Assembly: GCA_018813905.1 (NCBI GenBank)
Contig: JAHJAO010000113.1
Span: 1 to 24,000 of the forward strand
Direction of reading: 5' to 3'
DNA from: Candidatus Omnitrophota bacterium
Lineage (GTDB): Bacteria; Omnitrophota; Gorgyraeia; B26-G9
DNA: 24,000 nt
The position numbers were made by a program, and so were the translations under genes. Each line of letters starts with the position of its first letter. Within the stretch, counting starts at the first letter, position 1. The notes beneath the pieces are model-generated. The model did not search any database, had not been told where the DNA came from, and saw nothing but the letters and a program-made list of their open reading frames with translations. Positions 1 to 6,867 of the stretch are shown piece after piece.

Positions 1-3000
1 AATCTATATGCTGTTTGTGATGTTTGGGCAGAAAAAGTAAAAAAACGATTAGATGTTTTAGATTTTGTTGAATTTGCCGAAGTATTACAAATCGGTTTTC
101 ATTGGTTTTTAATCGTAAAATTTAAAAATAACGAGCAACTATATACATTCGATCGCACGATTGGACAATTTTTGACGCAGGAGGAAGGGATATTAAGACA
201 ACAGATAGTGATGATGAATAATTTTGTGGAATTAGATGAGATTAAAGATTTTGTCGAGGTTAATCGGAACGGCTTTTATGGGAAGGCAATAGAACATCCT
301 TTGGCCAGGTATATTTTTAGCGAAGAGTATATGCAACGCGGTGATGATCTAAGTTATCTTGCCCCATTATTAAAACGTTATCAGTTTTATACCCAGCATA
401 ATCTTGATGCTGTTTCGGAAAAAGAAAAAATTATAACGGCAATGATCAGGATCTTGCAATATAACAATATAAGTTTGTCAAAAGACAGAGAATTATCGTT
501 TTATTTGAGCTCAAACGATATGGGCCAAATATTGATACTCGATGGAGTTAAAAAACCAAGACAATTTAAATCAGATGGCAAGGTTTATGTTTTCGGGAAA
601 GATAAGATTCCCCCGGGTTTTGGCAAAACTATAAAAAAGATGGAAGAATCTTTCAAACACATCTCTTTACCTAAACAAGATGTGATTTTGTCAATGAGTA
701 AAGATGAATCGTACGCATTTGAAAAACTGACAAATTTCCCAGAAGAAGTTATAGATTCGGTTTTTTCATCATCAGAACAGATCTTGCGCAAAATCAGCCC
801 ATACTTAAAACAAGTAACGGCAATTTTAGAAGTATATAAAACTAAAAAAATAATCAGTCATTATTACCTTTCGGGAAGTTTTTTGCGGGGATCTTTGGAG
901 GGAGAAGATATCGATCTTGCTATTGATTTTGCCTATTATCATGACCCGGATGTTGTCCGCGGCTTGTTAGAACGGGTAAATGCAATATCCAAACAGGCTG
1001 GACATAGATTCCACATCACTTTGCAGGCGTTTGGTTATGAGTATGAAATTCGAGACGGCAATATTGTGCCTACGGGAAAGGTAAAAGCCGAAAACATATT
1101 GGGACGCCTGAAAAATCCGTATGAGAAAAGCCTGTTACGGTTGGATAACCTAAAAGCTTTGCCTTCACCTGAAGAATTTTTTATAAACATTTTACACATG
1201 TGCCGCGGATTTGATTTTGCGCAGAATAATCTGGAGTTAATAACATCTACGGCAAAAGAGAATGAAACAAAGCACGAAAAGATAGTGAAAGAAATTAGCC
1301 TGTATTTGAAACAGATAATAGAGATTTTAAAAAGATATCAATCCGAAAGGATAATCACCCGTTATTATCTGACGGGGAGTTTTTTAAAAGGCGGATTGGT
1401 AAAAGATGGAGATATTGATATTGCACTTCTTTTGCGTTCTTACAATAGGCCGGATGCCATAAAAAGATTGCTTCAAGAAGTGGAAGCTATTGCTGAAAAA
1501 TCTCCTTACAAAATTCATATCACACCACAGGCTTACGGTTATGAATATGAGTTTAAAGAAGGCAAGTTTGTTCATACAGGGGTAATCCGATCAGAAGAGC
1601 TGTTGACGCGTTTACCTAGCCCCCAGAGGCAAAGCTTGCTTAGGCTGGATAATTTAGAAATACCGTTTTTGCCGGATGAATTTTTCTTGAAAATGATGCG
1701 CAACTGCCGCGAGTTTGATTTTACGCAGAACAACTGGAAACTGGTTTCGGATAAAAATAAAAGCAGAAATGATCACAGCATTTATAAAGAGGATCTAGAA
1801 TCCATAGATCCGGCTGTACGCCTGAAAGCGGCGATTGTGCTAAAAAAACAGGGGCAGGAAAATTCTAAACTTGCTAAGATTTTTCAAGATTCGGCATCCA
1901 ACAAAAATTTAACCTTAGATGAACGGCTGAAAGCGGCAGAATTTCTATCGGAATCGGAAAAGGAAAAATTTTCATTTGAGTTAGGGATGGACGAACAACA
2001 TTCTTTGCGTATAGATAGCGGGGAAGAAAAAGATTTTAAAAAGCTAACTCTGGAATTGGCTACAAGGGAAGAAACAGCTAAAATTATAAAAGGGATACCT
2101 GGGATAGAACCACAGTTAGCCGCTGAATTTATAAGTAGAATGCAGCAAATTAACTGGCATGCTCAAGAGCTTGAAAAAACATTGCAGGGGGTTGGGTATT
2201 TTAATGGCGAGTGGGAGAAAGAGCTCAAGGAAAGGCTCGAATACGACTATGATGTGCCGTATGAGGCTTTAGATATGCTTATCAAAAGAGATCTCCCGGC
2301 AGAAGTTATTTTTTCACCCCTGCAATATCTTTTTGCGGCGTTAATTGCGCAAGAAGTTATCGGCAAATTAAGGCAAAACAATGCCGTTATATTGGAAGGT
2401 GACCGTGAATGGTTTTTGTTGGAAGCGTTTAAGAGCGTGGAGGAAAAAATGCTTACATCTTTGGCCGAGGCAGACGAAATCAAAGATGTTTTAGGCGATA
2501 AATGGAAAAATTCAACCGCGACAAGTCGTACGATCGATATATTTGAAGGTTTAAAAAGTCTCGGTCTTTATACAAACCGATACAAATTGGATGTTGAGTT
2601 GGAAGCGGTACTTGGCAGTGCGGGTAAATTCATCGCCCGCGCCTATGATGATAGCGGCCAAGCAGAATTTGCCCCGGGGCCTTGTTATGACCAGAGGGGA
2701 GTATCTATTGGGATAGAGAGTAACTTAGGTAAAAAACAGGATTCTATTCACATAAATCAGGGAGTAAAGTGGGCATCAAAATATATTTGGGCTGCTTATC
2801 TTGCTATGTACACTCATATAAAAAATGAAACTTTTACTCCGGTAAAATTCGACTATTATTACAGGCAGTTGGTTAAAGATACGAATAAGTTTAACAATAT
2901 GAACCATCGTATTTCCTATATTGGGGTTTGGGTTAAAGATATCAGAGATTTAGCCATGATCCTGGAAATTTTTATTCCGTTAAGTATTGCACTCGGCAAT

Positions 3001-3366
3001 TATATGGATCAAAAGGATATGGCGTTAGCCCGCATTTTTAGAGATTTTCGCAAGGAGATAGAAAGCATTATCCGCAAACAGAATGATGTGCAGTTGGACA
3101 GAGAATTTTTTGAGCAGGCAAGGATGGTAAGGTTCGTCGAGCTGGTATCGGCTAATAACCGCGATAACGATTTTTATAGGGACTTAAGCCGCTTAATTAC
3201 AGATACGCTAACTAAAATCGAAACTCATCTGGCGATGAAGAAAAAAGAAAAGGATTATCCCGTACAAGAATTATCCGGAAGTATTGACCATGCTTTTGAA
3301 GCAAAACAATTACCTAAACTTTTAACCCCGCAATATCCTTATGCGCTTATCGAACAAGCAATTTAG
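1..3366 (+). CDS. Large multidomain protein, 5'-truncated by the window edge (>=1121 codons visible). It has an unassigned N-terminal region, two tandem minimal nucleotidyltransferase modules (Pol-beta superfamily, MNT/KNTase-like), HEAT-like repeats and an unassigned C-terminal region of about 500 aa.
   Basis: The track ORF 172..3366 starts at a TTG. I read frame 1 codon by codon from nt 1 to 171 and found no stop (NLYAVCDVWAEKVKK...DRTIGQF). There is no SD before 172 or before the ATGs at 211/214, so the ORF probably continues upstream. The signature hG[GS]-x9-DhD occurs twice: YYLSGSFLRGSLEGEDIDLAIDF and YYLTGSFLKGGLVKDGDIDIALLL. DPAVRLKAAIVLKKQG and LDERLKAAEFL resemble HEAT/PBS-type repeats. 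Confidence 0.8.
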   Translation, partial: NLYAVCDVWAEKVKKRLDVLDFVEFAEVLQIGFHWFLIVKFKNNEQLYTFDRTIGQFLTQEEGILRQQIVMMNNFVELDEIKDFVEVNRNGFYGKAIEHPLARYIFSEEYMQRGDDLSYLAPLLKRYQFYTQHNLDAVSEKEKIITAMIRILQYNNISLSKDRELSFYLSSNDMGQILILDGVKKPRQFKSDGKVYVFGKDKIPPGFGKTIKKMEESFKHISLPKQDVILSMSKDESYAFEKLTNFPEEVIDSVFSSSEQILRKISPYLKQVTAILEVYKTKKIISHYYLSGSFLRGSLEGEDIDLAIDFAYYHDPDVVRGLLERVNAISKQAGHRFHITLQAFGYEYEIRDGNIVPTGKVKAENILGRLKNPYEKSLLRLDNLKALPSPEEFFINILHMCRGFDFAQNNLELITSTAKENETKHEKIVKEISLYLKQIIEILKRYQSERIITRYYLTGSFLKGGLVKDGDIDIALLLRSYNRPDAIKRLLQEVEAIAEKSPYKIHITPQAYGYEYEFKEGKFVHTGVIRSEELLTRLPSPQRQSLLRLDNLEIPFLPDEFFLKMMRNCREFDFTQNNWKLVSDKNKSRNDHSIYKEDLESIDPAVRLKAAIVLKKQGQENSKLAKIFQDSASNKNLTLDERLKAAEFLSESEKEKFSFELGMDEQHSLRIDSGEEKDFKKLTLELATREETAKIIKGIPGIEPQLAAEFISRMQQINWHAQELEKTLQGVGYFNGEWEKELKERLEYDYDVPYEALDMLIKRDLPAEVIFSPLQYLFAALIAQEVIGKLRQNNAVILEGDREWFLLEAFKSVEEKMLTSLAEADEIKDVLGDKWKNSTATSRTIDIFEGLKSLGLYTNRYKLDVELEAVLGSAGKFIARAYDDSGQAEFAPGPCYDQRGVSIGIESNLGKKQDSIHINQGVKWASKYIWAAYLAMYTHIKNETFTPVKFDYYYRQLVKDTNKFNNMNHRISYIGVWVKDIRDLAMILEIFIPLSIALGNYMDQKDMALARIFRDFRKEIESIIRKQNDVQLDREFFEQARMVRFVELVSANNRDNDFYRDLSRLITDTLTKIETHLAMKKKEKDYPVQELSGSIDHAFEAKQLPKLLTPQYPYALIEQAI
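793..1746 (+). repeat. Intragenic tandem duplication of a ~150-aa NTase module (copy 1 at 793..1243, copy 2 at 1294..1746, period ~501 nt).
   Basis: ISPYLKQVTAILEVYKTKKIISHYYLSGSF...SLLRLDNLKALPSPEEFFINILHMCRGFDFAQNNLELI aligns without gaps to ISLYLKQIIEILKRYQSERIITRYYLTGSF...SLLRLDNLEIPFLPDEFFLKMMRNCREFDFTQNNWKLV. By eye about half the positions are identical. The nucleotide sequences are clearly diverged, so the duplication is old. Confidence 0.85.
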
Positions 3367-3384
3367 TTCACAGTTGACAGTCCC

Positions 3385-3414
3385 CTCAAACATTTACAAA
3401 AGTAAATGTTTGAG
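3385..3414 (+). other. Perfect 13-bp stem with a 4-nt loop, starting 19 nt after the stop codon. Possible terminator or palindromic protein-binding site.
   Basis: CTCAAACATTTAC-AAAA-GTAAATGTTTGAG. No U-tract follows (CTGGCCCC). Confidence 0.4.
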
Positions 3415-3421
3415 CTGGCCC

Positions 3422-3452
3422 CTTAGAGATTTACTTTTTGTAAATCTCTGAG
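3422..3452 (+). other. Second 13-bp hairpin (one U.G pair, 5-nt T loop), related to the first.
   Basis: CTTAGAGATTTAC-TTTTT-GTAAATCTCTGAG. It shares the core ATTTAC-loop-GTAAAT with the hairpin at 3385..3414. Confidence 0.4.
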
Positions 3453-3479
3453 ATGGAGTCCTCGTAAGAGGGAGTCCTT

Positions 3480-3488
3480 GGGGGGGGG
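3480..3488 (+). repeat. Homopolymeric G9 tract in an intergenic region.
   Basis: Nine consecutive G, counted directly, in AT-rich surroundings. Confidence 0.9.
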
Positions 3489-3507
3489 CAGTCGTTGGAT
3501 TATAGAT

Positions 3508-3542
3508 TAACTCATAACTTATAATTCATAATTTATAACTCC
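3508..3542 (+). repeat. Degenerate heptamer array, 5 units (TAACTCA TAACTTA TAATTCA TAATTTA TAACTCC).
   Basis: Read directly. The first 13 nt (TAACTCATAACTT) are identical to the start of the heptamer array at 23031. Confidence 0.8.
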
Positions 3543-3553
3543 CCACTTATATC

Positions 3554-3582
3554 TTGCCTTATTTTTCCTGAATTGCTACAAT
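3554..3582 (+). promoter_or_regulatory. Sigma70-like promoter for the GH116 gene.
   Basis: TTGCCT, a 17-nt spacer, then TACAAT. An AGGA SD at 3594..3597 lies 8 nt before the ATG at 3606. Confidence 0.5.
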
Positions 3583-3605
3583 AAATTTTATTACAGGACA
3601 AATAT

Positions 3606-5765
3606 ATGCCGCTTTATAATTCCAAGCAAAAGATAAAATCCGGAGTCCCCCTGGGCGGGATCGGTACGGGGAAATTGGAAATTACCCCGTACGGCACTAT
3701 TGATTATATAACCTACCAGAATAACTGGACAAGACCCATCGAGAACAAGGACAATAAGGAAAAAGGAAAAACACAGGGAGTAACCGGTTTCCATTTCGGC
3801 TTGTATGTGAATACCCAGCCCGCAGTTATCTGTAAGCTCCTGCAGACGGAAAAAGTAGAAGGTTATAACACCGTAAAACAGATTAACTACCGCGGATTTT
3901 TCCCCCTCGCGCAGCTCGCTTTTGATGCCGGCAATCTGCCGGTAGAAGTTTTACTTACGGCTTATTCTATTTTTATCCCCGGAGATTTAAAGCATTCGAG
4001 CCTGCCGGCAGCAGTGTTTGAGTTTGAACTGAAGAATAAAGTGCATAAAGAAATCGAAGCCGGTATTATCTGTATGGGCCGCAATCTCATAAGCAATAAT
4101 TCCGTAGGCCGTTACAATATGGTGCGCCGGGAAAAGGGGATTGCCGGGATAAACTTTTTGCATAAAAAACCTCTAGCACATGACACGAGGGCGGGAGACG
4201 TATTCATCGGCGTTGGCTGCGGCAGCGGCGAGATAAGTTATCTTGGGCAGTGGAATATGCAGACTGAGAACTTTTATTTTGAGCCGAAAGTGAAGCTGGC
4301 GGCTTTGGAATATTTTGAAAAGGATGCTACCTTACCCAATTTAAACCAGAAATCTCCGTCGATGAGCCAGAGCGTAGAGCTGGGCGGGGCGGTTGCCGTG
4401 AAGTTTAAGCTAAAACCCAGCCAGCGCAAAAAAGCTTCGTTTATCCATAGCTGGTATTTTCCCAAAAATTACCCCGGGCATTTTTATGAAAAGAATTTCC
4501 GAAACAGCGTAGATGTGGCTGTGTATGTGAATAAACACAGAGATTATTTGAAAGAAGAGAGCCTAAAATTACCGAATATCCTAGATGAAATGGGATTAGA
4601 AGATTGGTTAAAAGACGCGTTAATGAATAATCTTTACCCGCTTATTTCTTCCAGCTGGTTTACAAAAGGCGGCGATTTTACCATGTACGAGGCGCCGCTT
4701 ATCTGCCCGCTCATGGGGACTTTGGATGTGTATTTCTACGCCTCGGTTGCGATTGGCCTGTTATTTCCGTCTTTGGATAAGAAGGCATTGCTGTTATTTA
4801 AGAAGAATATACGCAAAGACGGATATGTGCCGCATGATATCGGCTACGAACGCATGGACCTGCCTTCAAACGGCACGACGATGCCGCTTTGGAAAGACCT
4901 CAATTCCAAATTTATCCTGCTTAGCTACCGCGCGTATGTAGACTCCGGTGATTCGGCGTTTTTGAAAGAAATGTATCCGGCTTTAAAGAAGGCGCTCGAG
5001 TGGAATTTGAGTTTAGATAAAGATGGAGATGGATTGCCGGAAAACGAGGGGTTTGATACGACTTTTGATACCTGGGATTTTAAAGGGGCGAGCTCTTATA
5101 ATTCAAGCATATTTTTGGCGAGCCTGCTCGCGCTTAAAAAGATTGCCGAACTGCTCAAGGACAAGAAAACAGCTAAGAAATGTATTCGTCATTTTGTAAA
5201 AGGCAGAGAAAGTTTTGATGAGAAGCTTTGGAATGGGAAATATTATATTACGGCCCGCAGTAAAAATGAGGCGTATGAGTCTTGTATGGTCGCCCAGCTT
5301 GCGGGGCAATGGTACGCATATCTGGTCGGTTTAGGCCGGATATTCAGTCCGGATAATATCCAGAGCTCGATAAAGTGGATTTTTAAGCTAAACGGGAAAG
5401 ATTCGCCTTTTGGCGCGACAAATTCGGTTTTTGAAAATAGAAAAAGGGACGAACGTACCTACCACTCTAAAAACATCTGGCCCGGGGTTTGTTATTCCTT
5501 CGCGGCTTTGGCGATATACGAAGGTTTTGTGAAAGAAGGCTTGAAACTGACAAAAAAAGTGTGGGATACGATAGCGGTAAAGAACAAAAATCCCTGGAAC
5601 CAGCCGGACGTGATTATTTCTAAGGACGGCAGTTTTGGGTTTGGCGATTATTATATGAGGAATTCTGTAATCTGGGCCGTACTTTTAGCTTTAGCGGCAA
5701 AAGAGAAAAGAGTGGAATACGGTATCCGCAAGATTAGGGCGTGGGCGCGTGCGGCTAAGCCTTAG
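3606..5765 (+). CDS. GH116-family beta-glucosidase / glucosylceramidase-like protein (GBA2 type), cytoplasmic.
   Basis: The N-terminal GVPLGGIGTGKLEI motif is typical of the GH116 N-terminal domain. The C-terminal (alpha/alpha)6-like region carries DGDGLPENEGFDTTFDTWDFKGASSYNSSIFLASLLA. No signal peptide. Confidence 0.7.
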   Translation: MPLYNSKQKIKSGVPLGGIGTGKLEITPYGTIDYITYQNNWTRPIENKDNKEKGKTQGVTGFHFGLYVNTQPAVICKLLQTEKVEGYNTVKQINYRGFFPLAQLAFDAGNLPVEVLLTAYSIFIPGDLKHSSLPAAVFEFELKNKVHKEIEAGIICMGRNLISNNSVGRYNMVRREKGIAGINFLHKKPLAHDTRAGDVFIGVGCGSGEISYLGQWNMQTENFYFEPKVKLAALEYFEKDATLPNLNQKSPSMSQSVELGGAVAVKFKLKPSQRKKASFIHSWYFPKNYPGHFYEKNFRNSVDVAVYVNKHRDYLKEESLKLPNILDEMGLEDWLKDALMNNLYPLISSSWFTKGGDFTMYEAPLICPLMGTLDVYFYASVAIGLLFPSLDKKALLLFKKNIRKDGYVPHDIGYERMDLPSNGTTMPLWKDLNSKFILLSYRAYVDSGDSAFLKEMYPALKKALEWNLSLDKDGDGLPENEGFDTTFDTWDFKGASSYNSSIFLASLLALKKIAELLKDKKTAKKCIRHFVKGRESFDEKLWNGKYYITARSKNEAYESCMVAQLAGQWYAYLVGLGRIFSPDNIQSSIKWIFKLNGKDSPFGATNSVFENRKRDERTYHSKNIWPGVCYSFAALAIYEGFVKEGLKLTKKVWDTIAVKNKNPWNQPDVIISKDGSFGFGDYYMRNSVIWAVLLALAAKEKRVEYGIRKIRAWARAAKP

Positions 5766-5808
5766 AACCACGCGTAAAATACCCTTTCTGAATTTCTTAC
5801 CCCAAAAA

Positions 5809-5837
5809 TTGAAATTATCGACCAGATATGATATAAT
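5809..5837 (+). promoter_or_regulatory. Near-consensus extended -10 promoter for smpB.
   Basis: TTGAAA, a 17-nt spacer, then TGaTATAAT. The -10 ends 8 nt before the smpB ATG. Confidence 0.6.
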
Positions 5838-5845
5838 TTTCCCCT

Positions 5846-6301
5846 ATGAAAAATAAGGTAATTGCCAGCAATAAGCGGGCAACAGTTAAGTATGATATCC
5901 TGGAAAAATTGGAGGCGGGGATAGAATTAAAAGGCACAGAGGTAAAGTCTCTCCGCCTTAACAAAGTTGATTTAAAAGACAGCTTTGCCCGCGTAAATAA
6001 TGGCGAAGTATATCTGAATGATTTATATATAAGCCCTTATGATAAAGGAAGTTACGCAAATGTAGAGCCGAGACGAGCCCGAAAGCTGCTTTTACATAAA
6101 AGAGAGATCAATAAATTAGTTGGAAAAATAAATCAAAAGGGTTATACTCTTATTGCGCTGTCGCTGTATTTTAACGAGCGGGGTAGGGCCAAGGTAGAAC
6201 TCGCGTTAGTTAAGGGGCGGCGGTTATATGATCAACGGGAAAGAATAAAGAAAAAAGAAGTCGAACGTCAATTGCGTAAAGCAAAAAGTTTTAGGATATA
6301 G
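5846..6301 (+). CDS. smpB: SsrA-binding protein SmpB.
   Basis: IASNKRATVKYDILEKLEAGIELKGTEVKSLR and the basic C-terminal tail. Typical length (151 aa). Adjacent to tmRNA. Confidence 0.95.
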   Translation: MKNKVIASNKRATVKYDILEKLEAGIELKGTEVKSLRLNKVDLKDSFARVNNGEVYLNDLYISPYDKGSYANVEPRRARKLLLHKREINKLVGKINQKGYTLIALSLYFNERGRAKVELALVKGRRLYDQRERIKKKEVERQLRKAKSFRI

Positions 6302-6365
6302 ATGAAAAATGCAAAATCGGCAATTAGTGTTTAAATAAAATTTACAAGTTGTTATTTGATATATT

Positions 6366-6795
6366 GGGGGTGACAGGGTTCGACTTGAGCTGATTTAATA
6401 AGAGCAGCATGTCGAGGTGGTCAGGAGGCCTCGTTAAACACCTGGCATATAAATAAACGCTGAAACAAAAGTTCCAGCAACAGTAGATGCACTACTTAAG
6501 AAAATTGGTGAGGGTATCTCTCATCCAGTTTTCGGAGTAGCGCCGCTACTGCCCAGTGTTGTCTTAAGATAAGGCAACCCGCTTTTTAATCTGTGTCTGC
6601 GGGGTTAAAAAGCGTCGTTAGCAGGCTCGTCTGGCTTGGTTTGCTTTTGACAAGCCGGGTTAAATTTCCAAAAGCTGCCTCTTTAATATCCTGTCTGCTG
6701 GTAAACTAGAGAGAAAGATTTAAAAACAGACTAAGCATGTAGATACTCTTATGGGTTACTTGAGGACGCGGGTTCAATTCCCGCCACCTCCACCA
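6366..6795 (+). ncRNA. ssrA: tmRNA (SsrA), one-piece, with encoded CCA.
   Basis: The 5' GGGGGUG pairs with the 3' CACCUCC, giving a G3.U70 pair, followed by A-CCA. T-arm is GCGGGTTCAATTCCCGC. The 5' GGGUUCGAC motif is present. A PK1-like pseudoknot (AGGTG..GGAGG..CCTC..CACCT) lies upstream of a GCU resume-codon candidate at 6459. Confidence 0.9.
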
Positions 6796-6831
6796 TATAT
6801 GTGAACAAAGGGAATTGAACCCAAAAAAGGA

Positions 6832-6862
6832 TTTTAAGGGAAAAGACTGTTTTCCCTTAAAA
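6832..6862 (+). terminator. Perfect 13-bp hairpin between ssrA and the amidase gene. Possible ssrA terminator.
   Basis: TTTTAAGGGAAAA-GACTG-TTTTCCCTTAAAA. The flanks are symmetric A/T runs. It ends 5 nt before the ATG at 6868. Confidence 0.45.
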
Positions 6863-6867
6863 GTTAT

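Noticed and set aside
172-174. The TTG given by the ORF track as the start of the giant protein.
   Set aside because: The frame is open all the way back to nt 1 with coding-like sequence, and no SD precedes 172, 211 or 214. The gene was therefore treated as 5'-truncated by the window.
2137-2160. An R-x6-H (RMQQINWH) in the giant protein that might be a HEPN motif partnering the MNT-like modules.
   Set aside because: The pattern is too weak to stand alone. It lacks the polar residue normally following the Arg (RNxxxH type) and has no surrounding HEPN-like helices that I can recognise.
3374-3379. A consensus TTGACA hexamer just after the giant gene's stop codon.
   Set aside because: There is no acceptable -10 at 16-18 nt; only TACAAA at 15 nt. 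It may be fortuitous.
5745-5775. A CGCGTG...CACGCG stem at the end of the GH116 gene, considered as a terminator.
   Set aside because: The stem is only 6 bp, has a 16-nt loop, lies partly inside the coding sequence, and is not followed by a U-tract.
6302-6334. A 10-codon mini-ORF (MKNAKSAISV) abutting the smpB stop codon.
   Set aside because: It is too short to evaluate, has no SD, and lies in an AT-rich spacer where ATG...TAA pairs arise by chance.
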